Source: Candidatus Poribacteria bacterium
Lineage (GTDB): Bacteria; Poribacteria; WGA-4E; WGA-3G
DNA length: 64,000 nucleotides
Direction of reading: 5' to 3'
Assembly: GCA_965242965.1 (NCBI GenBank)
Contig: OZ251518.1
Coordinates: forward strand, 5,216,001 to 5,280,000
Shown here: piece by piece, positions 9,265-20,082 of the stretch
Numbering within the stretch: position 1 is the stretch's first letter
How the letters are laid out: each line of letters begins with the position of its first letter
The notes under the pieces: model-generated
Databases searched by the model: none
The model's input: the letters and a program-made list of their open reading frames with translations, nothing else
What the model was told of the DNA's origin: nothing
Program-made: the position numbers and the translations under genes

Positions 9265-10689
9265 ATGAAAAACGTCCTTGTCATTGACGACGATGAGAAA
9301 ATCTGCTGGGCATTTGAGCAATTCTTGGAAGAGGAGGGCTACTCCCCGAGCATCGCCAACAATGCCGAAGAAGGATTACGCCGCATCGCATCTGATAAGC
9401 CGGACGTAGTCCTGCTTGACGTGAAGTTGCCGGGGATGAGCGGTTTGGAGGCACTCGCGCGGATCAAAGCACGGTACCCCTGGGTCATCGTGATTATTAT
9501 CACGGCGTATGACGATGTGGAGACGACTGTGGAGGCGATGCGCCTACAGGCGTTCGATTTTGTCCCGAAGCCGATCGACCTGGATGTCGTAAAAAGCACG
9601 TTAGAGCGCGCCTTCCAAGCGCAATCTGTCCGCAGCACACTCCCCGTGAAACCGGCGAGCAAACCACCGAAGGAGCAACGGGGCCCGCGGCTCGTCGGGA
9701 AAAGCGATCAGATGCGCGAAATCTACAAACTCATCGGCATCATGGCAAGCAACACGATGACGGTGCTAATCGAAGGCGAAACGGGCACGGGGAAGGACCT
9801 GGTTGCAAGGGCAATCCACGCCGGCAGTGAACGAAAAGATATGCCGTTCGTGCCGGTGAACTGCGGTGCCATCCCCGATGAGCTGCTAGAAAGCGAACTG
9901 TTCGGTTACGAGGCAGGCGCGTTCACCGGCGCGAAGGCGGAAGGGAAACCAGGACGGTTTGAACTCGCTAACGGCGGCACCCTCTTCCTCGATGAAGTCG
10001 GGAACATGACACCGGCATTGCAGGTGAAACTCCTGCGCGCGTTGCAAACGCACGAAATTGAGAGACTCGGCGGCACCCGCATCCTGAAAGTGGATGTGCG
10101 CGTCATCGCCGCCACGAATCAGGAACTCGGACAAATGGTCCAACGCGGGCAATTCCGCGATGATCTCTATTACCGCTTCAAGCGCATCGCGCTCCATCTC
10201 CCACCGTTGCGCGAACGCAGCGAGGATGTGCCGCTGCTCATCACGCATTTCCTACAACTCGCGCAAGACGAATTGCGGAAATCCATTCGCGGTATCTCGG
10301 AAGAAGGAATGGCACTGCTACTCCGTTACGACTGGCCCGGCAACATCCGCGAACTAGAAAACTGCATTAGAAGCGCGGCGACGCTCGCCCGCGCAGATGT
10401 CATCATGCCCGCTGATCTACCGATAGAAGTGCAGACTGGATGCCGGCCAACCGCTGTCAACGCCTCGCCGTTGGAAGATTCCCTGCAAACTACCTTACAC
10501 CGCATGATTCAGGAAGCCATCGCCGAAGAAAAAAATGAACTCTATGAGGATGTCGTCGCGGTGGTGGACAAGGTGCTTATCGGGCTCGTGTTAGAGGCAT
10601 TTTCGGGCAATCATAGTAAGACTGCGGAATTGCTCGGCATGAGCCGCACGACGCTAATTAAGAAAATCAGACAACATATTGAAAAATAA
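9265..10689 (+). CDS. Sigma54-dependent response regulator (NtrC/AtoC family)
   Basis: Receiver domain, GETGTGK, GAFTGA, C-terminal HTH. Confidence 0.93.
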   Translation: MKNVLVIDDDEKICWAFEQFLEEEGYSPSIANNAEEGLRRIASDKPDVVLLDVKLPGMSGLEALARIKARYPWVIVIIITAYDDVETTVEAMRLQAFDFVPKPIDLDVVKSTLERAFQAQSVRSTLPVKPASKPPKEQRGPRLVGKSDQMREIYKLIGIMASNTMTVLIEGETGTGKDLVARAIHAGSERKDMPFVPVNCGAIPDELLESELFGYEAGAFTGAKAEGKPGRFELANGGTLFLDEVGNMTPALQVKLLRALQTHEIERLGGTRILKVDVRVIAATNQELGQMVQRGQFRDDLYYRFKRIALHLPPLRERSEDVPLLITHFLQLAQDELRKSIRGISEEGMALLLRYDWPGNIRELENCIRSAATLARADVIMPADLPIEVQTGCRPTAVNASPLEDSLQTTLHRMIQEAIAEEKNELYEDVVAVVDKVLIGLVLEAFSGNHSKTAELLGMSRTTLIKKIRQHIEK

Positions 10690-10766
10690 TCGTTTGTCCA
10701 TCTTACCGTAGGGCGCGGGCTTGTGCGTAGTCGCGCGGTTTGGAGGGGTTTTCTCTATCTTACCGT

Positions 10767-11096
10767 GAGGGTGTTTCATAACTCCGTTTCGGTATTTATT
10801 CCCTATTGGGGAAGGACGAATACCAAAAGCCATCGGGCCCACCTTTGTAGTTCGGGATCGCCTGATCCCGAACGGGTCAGGATCAGGCGATCCTGACCTA
10901 CAGGGGTGAGGCGGTCTGACACCAAAACGCATGGCGAGGGCCTGTCCCTCGCCATGTTGGATTTCGCGGGTTACGGTATTGCATCGAGACCGGGAGGTCT
11001 CTCCTACGCCAGTCCTTCCCCATTTTGCGATCAGGCGATCGCAAACTACAGAGAGGGCGGAGACTTCGCGGGAGGACAGGCCCCCGCGCTACGGTA
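10767..11096. repeat. REP cluster with left TIR only
   Basis: GAGGGTGTTTCATAACTCCGTTTCGG followed by GTAG REP modules. Confidence 0.75.
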
Positions 11097-11101
11097 ACAA
11101 G

Positions 11102-11905
11102 ATGGAATCGAAAAAAAATATCATGACACCTTGGATTCGCATTGCCCATCGCGGCGCATCGGGAACCGCCCCGGAAAATACGCTCGCCGCCTTCAACAAA
11201 GCACTCGAAATCGGCGTGGATGCCGTCGAATTTGACTTGCACGGAACCGCCGATGGAGAAATCGTCGTCATTCACGATGCCTCGTTGGACAGGACCACCA
11301 ACCTCAGCGGGCTCGTCAGCAAAAAGAAATTAGAGACTATCAAGTGCGCGGATGCAGGCGCATGGTTTCATCCTGATTTTAAGGGGGACTGGCGCATGAG
11401 GACTGATGCCGTTGGCAGAGAGATTTTCTGGTTTCCTCCCGATGCGAAAGGCGAACGTGTGCCGACGCTAGAAGAGGCACTTGAATGTATCACGCCAAAG
11501 GCGATGGCAGTCGCCGAAATCAAAGACCCGAGGATTGGCGAGCGCGTCGTCACCAAAATCCGAGAGGCGAACGCGGTAGATAAAGTAGTCATCATCTCCT
11601 TTCACACCTCAGTGTTACAGGAGGTTCGCGATGTGGAGCCGCGCATCCCAACAGGATGGCTCATCGGGAGCCACACGAATATTGCATCGCCGATAGCCTT
11701 GTGCCAGCAATTAGGCGAGTTCGGGTTTAATTTCCTGAACGTAAATCATTCATTGATAACGGCAGAATTCGCTTATGAGGTGCGGCGGCGGGGCATCGCG
11801 CTGTGGTGCTGGACTGTTGATGACATCGTCCGCATGCGCGAGTTGAAGGCGTGGGGAGTGCAGGGGATTACGTCGAATCATCCGGAACGGTTCGCGAAGG
11901 TTTAG
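11102..11905 (+). CDS. Glycerophosphodiester phosphodiesterase family protein
   Basis: IAHRGASG.APENTL, VEFD, HD, WTVD, GITSN motifs. Confidence 0.9.
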   Translation: MESKKNIMTPWIRIAHRGASGTAPENTLAAFNKALEIGVDAVEFDLHGTADGEIVVIHDASLDRTTNLSGLVSKKKLETIKCADAGAWFHPDFKGDWRMRTDAVGREIFWFPPDAKGERVPTLEEALECITPKAMAVAEIKDPRIGERVVTKIREANAVDKVVIISFHTSVLQEVRDVEPRIPTGWLIGSHTNIASPIALCQQLGEFGFNFLNVNHSLITAEFAYEVRRRGIALWCWTVDDIVRMRELKAWGVQGITSNHPERFAKV

Positions 11906-11907
11906 CC

Positions 11908-12204
11908 GAGAGGGTTTCATAACTCCATTTCGGTATTTATTCCCCCTTGGGAACTCGCGAATACCAGAAGCCATCGGGCCCACCTCTGTAGTTCGGGATC
12001 GCCAGATCCCGAACAGGTCAGGATCAGGCGATCCTGACCTACAGGGGTGAGGCGTTCTGATACCAAAACGGTGGCGAGGGGAACCCTCTTCCATGCGCGT
12101 GTGGCATGCGAGGGACAGGCCCTCGCCCTACGTGAAGGGGCGGCGTTTTTTTCCGCATCGCGGGGCATATCACCGCGACGTTGAGCGATATATGAAACCC
12201 CCTC
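11908..12204. mobile_element. MITE-like REP-carrying element between convergent genes
   Basis: GAGAGGGTTTCATAA ... ATATGAAACCCCCTC; no clear TSD. Confidence 0.65.
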
Positions 12205-12206
12205 AA

Positions 12207-13100
12207 TTAATGCCGATACGCTTCCCCGATCAGATTATTCGCGGCGCGGACCGGACGGAAAAGCGTCTGCCGTTTCGCCGGCATTTCCTCAAGCAACTTC
12301 GGATGCGGATTCCAGTCGTGCCACTTGCTATTCACCGTGTTATAGCAACTGAAAATCGCAAGCCGTTTGTTATCGGCGTTCGTCCACTGATGCGTGCTAT
12401 GCGTCAACGCCTCCGTGAAAAAGAGCAACGAACCCGCCGGGCATTCATAAGTATCCCAAATCGGCGAATCCGGTGTCCGGAGCGAATCGGGGGCGGTATA
12501 GACTGCCTTGTGACTCCCCGTGACGAATAGCGTCCCACCTTGCCGATATTTGACAGGGTTGAGCTCCCACACGACGCGGGTTAACCCGCTGTATCCCTTG
12601 CCGGGGATGCATCGATAGAGATGCGAATCGCCGGGCAAGCGCAACATGCCGTTGCCGTTGTGCGGCCCGAAATGTCCATCGCCTACCTTGCGATAAAACA
12701 TGTGACACGACTCCATCCGGAACCCGTAGCATTCTTGGCTGGATAACGCCGGGTGCGCGAGGAATTCGTTGAGGAACCCGACAACGTGAGGATGGTCTGC
12801 CAGTTTTTGCATCGGCCCGCCGAGCGGCGAACGTTCGTGTTCCGGGATAGACTCCGGTTCATGATGCAGGCGGTGCCCGAACTCCTGCATTGCCGCGAGT
12901 TCGTCGCCGGACAGCACACCCGGCACCAGAAGCCAGCCGCGCATATCAAACACGTATTTCTGCTCCTGCGTCGGCGGGACAACCGGTGAACCATCGGAAG
13001 TCGTCGCTGTCAACTCAGCCTTCTCTACGTCAAGTGCCGAACCTAAGTTTTTGTCAATAATAAAAGGTTCGGTGTGATGCATTTCCATTGCCATGAGCAT
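12207..13100 (-). CDS. Phytanoyl-CoA dioxygenase (PhyH)-like Fe/2OG oxygenase
   Basis: FDMRGWLLVPGVLS, GGTLFVTGSHK, AGSLLFFTEALTH pattern. Confidence 0.75.
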   Translation of the reverse strand: MLMAMEMHHTEPFIIDKNLGSALDVEKAELTATTSDGSPVVPPTQEQKYVFDMRGWLLVPGVLSGDELAAMQEFGHRLHHEPESIPEHERSPLGGPMQKLADHPHVVGFLNEFLAHPALSSQECYGFRMESCHMFYRKVGDGHFGPHNGNGMLRLPGDSHLYRCIPGKGYSGLTRVVWELNPVKYRQGGTLFVTGSHKAVYTAPDSLRTPDSPIWDTYECPAGSLLFFTEALTHSTHQWTNADNKRLAIFSCYNTVNSKWHDWNPHPKLLEEMPAKRQTLFRPVRAANNLIGEAYRH

Positions 13101-13134
13101 TTCTCCTTTTTTTCATCTTCCGCGAAAATAACCC

Positions 13135-14328
13135 TTACGCTGCCGCCTTCGCGCGCTTGAGGGCATCCTCGGAAACGTTCAACGTCTTCGCCACGTCTTC
13201 ATCGGTATGCGAGATGGACATGAACCAGATATGTCCCTCCGGTAAATAGAGCCCGCCATCTAAAGTCGCTTCATAGAAGGTTTTGCGGAACTTCTCGCTG
13301 CACGCGGAGCCCAGTCCAAAGAACGGCATGGGCCCGATGCCGCCGGTGCGCGCACCGTCAATACCGAGGCGTGCTGTCATCTCCTGATACCCGTCCAGCA
13401 GCTTTTGTCCCTGTTTCCACATCAGCGCGACACCGTCGGTTGCCTCCAATTCCTGAATCGTGGCGATTGCGGCACCGACGAGGGAGACTTCGCCGTGGAA
13501 CGTCGCCGCTACCCAGACATCGGAGACTTCGTCCATTATCTCCTTTTTGCCGACGACAACGGCGGTGGCAAACCCGTTGGCGAGTGCCTTCCCGAAGACT
13601 GACATGTCCGGTGTAACCCCGAAGTATTCCTGCGCGCCGCCCAGGGCATACCTGAATCCTGTCTTCACTTCGTCAAAAATGAGAAGCGCGCCGTTGGCAT
13701 TGACGAGTGCCTTCGCTTCCTCCAGATATCCCTCTTCCGGCAGCGCGTGCCCAGAAGGTTCCAAGATGAAGCAGGCAATCTTCCCCGGATGTGCTTTAAA
13801 AAGAGCGGCGAGTGTATCCAAGTCATTGAAATCCACGCTAAGCGTTGCTGCAGCCGCGCTTGACAGGTGTCCACGGGCGTGACTACACCAATCGTGCCAG
13901 CCGTGATAGCCGCACCGGATGATCTTCTCTCTGCCGGTGTAAGCCCGCGCGAACTTAATCGCCCCGGTCGTTGCATCCGAGCCGCCGACGAAGTAAGCGA
14001 CTCTCTCCGCCGAGGGGATAATCTGCACCAATTTTTCGGCGAGTTCCACCTCCAGCGTATGTCCAAAGTTATAGACGTTGCCTCGCTCCAGATACTTCGC
14101 GACAGCCTCTCTCACGGCGGGATAGGCGTGTCCGAGGATCATCGGCCCGTATCCCATCAGGTAGTCAATATAGTCGTTGCCATCGGCATCCCAGAAGTGC
14201 GCGCCCTTTCCGCCAGCAATCATAATCGGTTGCGGCGGTTGGCTCTGCTTATGCGGTTGTCCGCCGCCGACTAAGGCGGCTTTGGCGCGTTCACGCCACG
14301 CAAATGATTTTTCAAAACTTCGTGCCAT
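13135..14328 (-). CDS. Class III PLP aminotransferase (GSA aminomutase-like)
   Basis: WDADGNDYIDY, LIFDEVKTGFR, FGKALANG; start MARSFEK after GGAGG. Confidence 0.88.
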   Translation of the reverse strand: MARSFEKSFAWRERAKAALVGGGQPHKQSQPPQPIMIAGGKGAHFWDADGNDYIDYLMGYGPMILGHAYPAVREAVAKYLERGNVYNFGHTLEVELAEKLVQIIPSAERVAYFVGGSDATTGAIKFARAYTGREKIIRCGYHGWHDWCSHARGHLSSAAAATLSVDFNDLDTLAALFKAHPGKIACFILEPSGHALPEEGYLEEAKALVNANGALLIFDEVKTGFRYALGGAQEYFGVTPDMSVFGKALANGFATAVVVGKKEIMDEVSDVWVAATFHGEVSLVGAAIATIQELEATDGVALMWKQGQKLLDGYQEMTARLGIDGARTGGIGPMPFFGLGSACSEKFRKTFYEATLDGGLYLPEGHIWFMSISHTDEDVAKTLNVSEDALKRAKAAA

Positions 14329-14397
14329 CCACACGTCCCTCCAATTCGTTTGACGTAACGATACCACAATTCCGCATTTTATATCAAATTACGTTTT

Positions 14398-15085
14398 GAA
14401 GTGTTTCATATCTCCGTTTCGGTATTTATTCCCCCTCTTGGTAGGAGAGACCAGGAGGTCTCAATTTTCCCGTAGCGCGGGGGCCTGTCCCCCGCGAGTG
14501 CTAGATGACGCGAGGCATGGCGAGGGAAACCCGCTCGCCTGCGCGTGTGGCATCCGAGGGCCCAAGCCCTACGGTGAAGGGAGACAACCCCGACAACCGT
14601 AGCGCGGGGGCCTGTCCCCCGCGAACTCTCAAGAAGCGTCATTTTCACCATAGCGCGGGGGCCTGTCCCCCGCGATCGTTCGATCGCGCGGACGATTCAC
14701 CCCCATCTGTAGTTCGGGAGCGCCCGCTCCCGAAACGGTTCAAGAGCAGGCGCTCTTGACCTACAGAAGAAGAGGGGAGGAGGATGTCTGGTGCCTGAAC
14801 GATGGCGAGGGACAGGCCCTCGCCCTACGGTGAAAGGAGACAACCCCGACAACCGTAGCGCGGGGGCCTGTCCCCCGCGATCGTTCCTTGCAAAAACCGT
14901 TTTTTTTCCACCGTAGCGCGGGGGCCTGTCCCCCGCGATCGCCATCATCACGATGTGTGTTTCCGCGTCTGTAGTTTGTGATCGCCTGATCACAAACAGG
15001 TCAGGATCGCTTGGAAACCAATATGCCAGAGCTTCAGACGATCCTTACCTACAGAAGAGGGGAGGAGGTCTGGTGCATGAACGAT
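14398..15085. repeat. Large composite REP cluster with internal duplication
   Basis: Degenerate left TIR; duplicated block CCCTACGGTGAA.GGAGACAACCCCGACAACCGTAGCGCGGGGG. Confidence 0.85.
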
Positions 15086-15111
15086 ATATCCCAATTGAAC
15101 GCATTCTTAAT

Positions 15112-15141
15112 TTGACAAATGCACGCAAAATGTGATATAAT
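15112..15141 (+). promoter_or_regulatory. Sigma70-type promoter of LRR gene
   Basis: TTGACA-18 bp-TATAAT. Confidence 0.7.
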
Positions 15142-15270
15142 TAAGACAGTTGTAGAAATCCGCCTGCCAACGTGGCGGCGGCACGTATCGCGCTATAAAC
15201 AGCGCGCTTCAATTCAAACCGCTCTCAAAGCCAAGAGGAAACTAACAATAGAGCGCGAAACTCGTTTATC

Positions 15271-17571
15271 ATGATGAAAGCAATGAATCTTCATAAAAAC
15301 TTTATTATCAACGCCGCCTTGTGCTGCCTGATTCTCGGGGTTGTGATGTGGGGAAGCACACCGCAGGTTGCTGCGCAGAATCTGCAGGATGTTATCAGAG
15401 ATGACAACCTTGAAATTGTAATCAACAAGGCACTCGGACGCTCGGCTCCGTACAATCAGCCGATCAGTTGGTCAGATCTGTCAAATATGAGCTTCACCGA
15501 ACTGAATGCGAGCGGTTACGGTAAAGCCGAAGGGGAAAAAATCTCCGACCTTAGAGGCCTAGGATACGCAGTCTGGCTGACGGACCTGGACCTGAGCCAC
15601 AACGATATTACGGTCCCCCTGTTGTCAAGTATAACATTACAGTTGGCAAAATTGAACCTGAGCAACAACAAGATTACTAACCTCTCTGAGTTATCAGGTA
15701 TAACAACACTGAAAGAGCTGAACCTGAGCAATAACAGGATTACCGACATCTCTCAGTTGTCAGGTTTAACAAACTTGACGCATCTGAGTTTGGCGAACAA
15801 TTCGCTTGAGGATACGCCGACTAGGAATAATGGGCTTGATAATCAGCCTAATACTGAGGACGACTATTTCGAGGGCCCCACTGATGCACAAGCTAAGTTG
15901 AGGCATTTAAGCCGTTTTAACAATCTGGAAGTGTTAAACGTCTCGCACAACTCCATCCTCAACATCAATGTGGTGCAAGGTTTGACTGCACTGACAGGTT
16001 TGGCCATTGGCAACAACCCAATCGTGGATTTCACGCCGATTTTTGACCACGTCTCCGAAGGGGTTACTGTCTACACTACGTTTGGGACAGTCGCCAACAT
16101 TCCCGATTGGGAACTCAGAAATGCCTTAAAAGCCGCTGCCTACTCACAAGGTATCACAAGTGGTTTCGTCAGTAAGTTGGAACAGGCGGCTTCAGATTGG
16201 CTCAATGCCCGTGGTGCCCGTGACGGCTACATAACGCTCTCTGTAGAGCTGTTGAGAGGTATAATTGAACGTGAGCCTGTGACAGTCCAGATTTTGGAGC
16301 CGCTCCGCGAGTTGGATGCCTCATCTGGCAGCGGCTACGCTGTCTCGGACTTAACCGGACTGGATACCTACTGTCGGAACTTAGAGAAGTTAAACCTTGA
16401 GGGGGTCGTGTTTGAAACTGTTGAGACCTCCTATGAGATTATTGGTAGATTGACGCAATTGAAAACGTTAGATCTTTACCAGCATGTCTTCTTCGGCGAT
16501 GGGTACTGGCACGAACACCTCCATCACCTCGGAAATTTGAAGGCGTTAAGGTGGTTAGATCTTCGAGGGACTACCCTCCGGGATATCACGGCACTTGCAG
16601 GATTGACTGCGCTAGAGAGACTCGATCTTAGGTCCAACCATATTAGCACGCTTGAGCCCCTTGAAAATTTGACGAATTTACAGATGCTGTATCTCCATCC
16701 GCAGAATCAGGTGGATTCGTATTCTACGCCTCTGCAGCAGCCCCGGGAACTCACCGGTTTAGAGTTCCAGACACTTCGGACGTTGGCGGATCGAATCCAG
16801 CACCCATGGGTTACCGATACGGTTATCGTGAAGTCTTATAAAATCGCGTTGGAACCCGCAGTAGCGTATGGTGCCGGGTCGAATATTATTATTGAGGTAA
16901 CGTTCCAGGGCTTAATCAGTCCCGATCCAGATTTTACAGGCGATCCGAATCCTTCTCAAACAAGACCGTATCTCCTCCTAGATTTCGGCAATGAGGTTGG
17001 CGGCATAGCCGAATGGATTGCGCACACTTATGTCGCGGAAGAGAATGCTACAAAGGTCGAGTTCGCCTATCCTGTCCATTCAGAGGATAGGGAGGGTGAA
17101 GTGATTATTAAGGGTCTGGAGTTGAAGATACCTGAATCGGGGGCACTGGTTCACTGGAGACCTCTTGACAACTCTATATTCCCGATGGCGGAACAGCCGA
17201 TAATCATTAATGTTGACGATCAGAATCCTAAGCTAGTAACTATAGCGACGATCCCTGCAACCGATGGCGATGTCGTCGAGAACCAGGCCTACCCGATTAG
17301 CAGTCTGAACCGCTATAGCTTCTCATACGATCTGCCGCTGCGATCGGGGGCACCTATTGTCCAGACACAGCCAACGGTGCAAATGCGCCGTGCCGGTGGG
17401 GGAACAGGGGCAGTAACCGGTGAAAAGTTTGATGTGGAAATTACCTTTAGCGGGCCCTTGGACGAACCTAGTGCTGCCGCATTGGCTAGCAAAATTTCCT
17501 TAGAGGAGAATGTCAAGGGGGGGGGTCTCTATCAGTGCCCCAAAGCGTCCGGGCGTGCCGAAAGTTTATGA
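15271..17571 (+). CDS. Secreted internalin-like leucine-rich-repeat protein, N-terminal part of a frameshifted gene
   Basis: Signal peptide; LxxLxLxxNxIxDIxxLxxL repeats; frame breaks at G9 tract 17517-17525. Confidence 0.8.
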   Translation: MMKAMNLHKNFIINAALCCLILGVVMWGSTPQVAAQNLQDVIRDDNLEIVINKALGRSAPYNQPISWSDLSNMSFTELNASGYGKAEGEKISDLRGLGYAVWLTDLDLSHNDITVPLLSSITLQLAKLNLSNNKITNLSELSGITTLKELNLSNNRITDISQLSGLTNLTHLSLANNSLEDTPTRNNGLDNQPNTEDDYFEGPTDAQAKLRHLSRFNNLEVLNVSHNSILNINVVQGLTALTGLAIGNNPIVDFTPIFDHVSEGVTVYTTFGTVANIPDWELRNALKAAAYSQGITSGFVSKLEQAASDWLNARGARDGYITLSVELLRGIIEREPVTVQILEPLRELDASSGSGYAVSDLTGLDTYCRNLEKLNLEGVVFETVETSYEIIGRLTQLKTLDLYQHVFFGDGYWHEHLHHLGNLKALRWLDLRGTTLRDITALAGLTALERLDLRSNHISTLEPLENLTNLQMLYLHPQNQVDSYSTPLQQPRELTGLEFQTLRTLADRIQHPWVTDTVIVKSYKIALEPAVAYGAGSNIIIEVTFQGLISPDPDFTGDPNPSQTRPYLLLDFGNEVGGIAEWIAHTYVAEENATKVEFAYPVHSEDREGEVIIKGLELKIPESGALVHWRPLDNSIFPMAEQPIIINVDDQNPKLVTIATIPATDGDVVENQAYPISSLNRYSFSYDLPLRSGAPIVQTQPTVQMRRAGGGTGAVTGEKFDVEITFSGPLDEPSAAALASKISLEENVKGGGLYQCPKASGRAESL

Positions 17572-19984
17572 ACCGGAGACGTGGACGCTGTCTGTCTTCG
17601 TAGCCGCGGGCGTGAGTGGCAATGTCACCGTGACGCTAGATTTGACAGGTTTGACAGATGCGGCGATTCCGGGCAACCCGGTTGCTTCAGCAGGTTCCAC
17701 GCTGTCTCTCACCGTGCCGGTGAATCGTCCGGGTGAGAGTGTGCCGGAAACGGAGCCGGTTGTCTTCGGCAGTGCCAACAATTCCCTGGAATTCTCGATT
17801 GTCTTCGAGGAAGATGGTGTGACTTACGAGGGGACAGCGAAGCCGTATATTACGATTTACTTGGGCGAGCGTGTTCAGGCGAATGAGCGTCATGCCGTGT
17901 GGGCGCGTGCGGAAGATGCGAATTCGACGAGAGTGACGTTCGAGTATCAGGTCGGTGCGGTTGACTTTGCTTCGGAGGTATCGTTAAAATCCGAAGAGGG
18001 TGTTGCGATTCCGAAGGGCACCACCTTTGTGAGTGAGTCTGTCCGTATCGTAGGGAATGATCCGCCGGCTCGTGCGGCGGGTGAGGCACCTCCTGCTACC
18101 ACGGCGGCACCGTCTCAACCGGCTGCGGGTTCGCCGCAGATTACCGTCGGTGGGAATAAGCGCGTCTCCTTGACGACTGCGTTTGCGCGGCCCACCGTGC
18201 TAAAACGTAGCGTTGAGATTCAGGGTATCGTGTATTTGCCGCCGACAGAAGAAGAGGAAACAAAAGCGGATGCTTCGGGTGTGCCGCGTTCGCCGGTCGT
18301 TTTCAACGAGCTCGGCAATGGCAGTGGTGATTCCAACGACTGGTTGGAGTTCCGCAATGTCACGGGTTCGGCAGTCTCTTTGAAAGACTGGGAGCTCAGC
18401 GTCGTGCAGAATGGAGAGAAGAAGGATACGTCGCTGATCGTGTTTTCGGATGTCAGTGTCCCGGCGAATGGTTTGTTGCTAATAACCAACAGCGATCCGA
18501 CGGCAGATGGCAATCTTCTCGCCGGTGGTGATAACGCCGCTACCTCGGCGGTGGAGAGCAAAGGTTCTTCGCATCTGTATTACGCCAATTCCGGGCTTGC
18601 GTTGCCGGATGATGGGAAGTTCCTGTTGATTCTTCGGAAATCGAAGGAGAAACTCGGTAAGAATGAGGCGTTCGTGGATGTCGCCGGTGGCGGTGGCAGT
18701 GGCACGGATGCGTTTATCCGCGATCAGACCGGCGAGTATGATACGCATGTCTGGCCCTTGCAAGTGCGTGAGGCACCGGGTGGCGATACGGAAGATGCGC
18801 TTGGTTCGGGCAAAGTCTGGCAGCGCGCGAAAGCGGATATTGTGGGTTACCACAAGGATGCTTGGGCAGAGGCGGCGTTTACGGGTATCGGCTATGACAG
18901 GGCTGTCTCGAAGTCCGCGGCGACTGCTGGCACGCCGGGCTATCCGAATGGTGCGTTGAAAACGGAGGCATCCACGCCGCAGGGGAGTATCACCATCAGC
19001 GAGGTGATGTTTGACTCGGGTGGTGGCAAACTGCCGCAGTGGGTGGAGTTGTATAACAAATCCAAAACCGAGGCAATCAATCTGAATCGGTGGAGATTGG
19101 AGATTCAGAATGTCAATTCCGAGGATTTAGTCGGTCGCCCGATTGTGACGTTGACGTTGGGTGAGAAAATCATTCAGCCGAATCAGACGTTGCTGATTGT
19201 ATCGGGTGATGCGCGTGCGTCCTCGTCGGCGCGTTTACCGGCGGATCGGGTTTACAACCTCTTCAAACTGCATGAGAAGAATCTGCGTATCAAGAAGCCG
19301 CAGGATACGTTCCTGAGTGCTGTCGGTTTCTATCTGAAGCTGTCCGATCGGAATGGGACAAAGATAGACGAAGTCGGCAATACGGATGGGAATCGTCGCA
19401 CCGATGATGCGCCGTCGTGGGCATTACCGGTGAGTCCCGAGGATGGCGTGCGGAGTTCGTTAATCCGTCGTTATACCAAAGGGACATCGGTTGCGGAGGA
19501 TGGCATGGCGCGCGGGGGTTGGGTGTTGGCATCGAACGTCAAGCGTTTCGTGGCTAACAAGGAGCTCCACTGGGGCCATGCTGAGGATATCGGCACCCCG
19601 GGGTATCGTGCCGGCGGTCCGCTGCCCGTTGAGTTATCGAGTTTCTCGGTGACGCGTCTGGAATCCGGTGCGGTTGTGTTGACTTGGACGACAGAGTCCG
19701 AGGTCGACAATGCTGGATTTAACCTGCGTCGGAGTGAGACGCGCGACAGTGGCTTTACGTTATTGAATCCTGCGCTGATCGCCGGTGCTGGCACTACGGG
19801 TGAACGTCAGGCGTATACGTTTACAGATACGTCGGCAAAGCCGGGTGTTGAGTATTTCTATCAGATCGAGGAAGTTTCGTTTGACGGCGGTCCTGTGCCG
19901 TTAGTGACGCGGTTTTTGCCGGGTCCTGTCTCGGCTTCCAATCGGATGTTAACGACGTTCGGTGCTGTTAAGTCGCGGGATTAA
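17510..19984 (+). CDS. C-terminal part of the same protein: Ig-like and two lamin-tail domains plus PLPVELSSF-type C-terminal domain
   Basis: VVFNELGN..DWLEFRN and ITISEVM..QWVELYN LTD motifs, GTPG motifs; no own signal peptide. Confidence 0.75.
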   Translation: MSRGGVSISAPKRPGVPKVYEPETWTLSVFVAAGVSGNVTVTLDLTGLTDAAIPGNPVASAGSTLSLTVPVNRPGESVPETEPVVFGSANNSLEFSIVFEEDGVTYEGTAKPYITIYLGERVQANERHAVWARAEDANSTRVTFEYQVGAVDFASEVSLKSEEGVAIPKGTTFVSESVRIVGNDPPARAAGEAPPATTAAPSQPAAGSPQITVGGNKRVSLTTAFARPTVLKRSVEIQGIVYLPPTEEEETKADASGVPRSPVVFNELGNGSGDSNDWLEFRNVTGSAVSLKDWELSVVQNGEKKDTSLIVFSDVSVPANGLLLITNSDPTADGNLLAGGDNAATSAVESKGSSHLYYANSGLALPDDGKFLLILRKSKEKLGKNEAFVDVAGGGGSGTDAFIRDQTGEYDTHVWPLQVREAPGGDTEDALGSGKVWQRAKADIVGYHKDAWAEAAFTGIGYDRAVSKSAATAGTPGYPNGALKTEASTPQGSITISEVMFDSGGGKLPQWVELYNKSKTEAINLNRWRLEIQNVNSEDLVGRPIVTLTLGEKIIQPNQTLLIVSGDARASSSARLPADRVYNLFKLHEKNLRIKKPQDTFLSAVGFYLKLSDRNGTKIDEVGNTDGNRRTDDAPSWALPVSPEDGVRSSLIRRYTKGTSVAEDGMARGGWVLASNVKRFVANKELHWGHAEDIGTPGYRAGGPLPVELSSFSVTRLESGAVVLTWTTESEVDNAGFNLRRSETRDSGFTLLNPALIAGAGTTGERQAYTFTDTSAKPGVEYFYQIEEVSFDGGPVPLVTRFLPGPVSASNRMLTTFGAVKSRD

Positions 19985-20008
19985 GTTTCCGTTTGGTTAT
20001 ATGTTCGT

Positions 20009-20050
20009 GCGCGGGTGGCGGCCTTGTGGTTGCCGCCCGCGCTTTTTTTT
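20009..20050 (+). terminator. Rho-independent terminator
   Basis: GCGCGGGTGGCGGCC-TTGT-GGTTGCCGCCCGCGC followed by T8. Confidence 0.85.
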
Positions 20051-20082
20051 GTTGCGTTCGCGTTCGCAAACGCCCCCGATTA

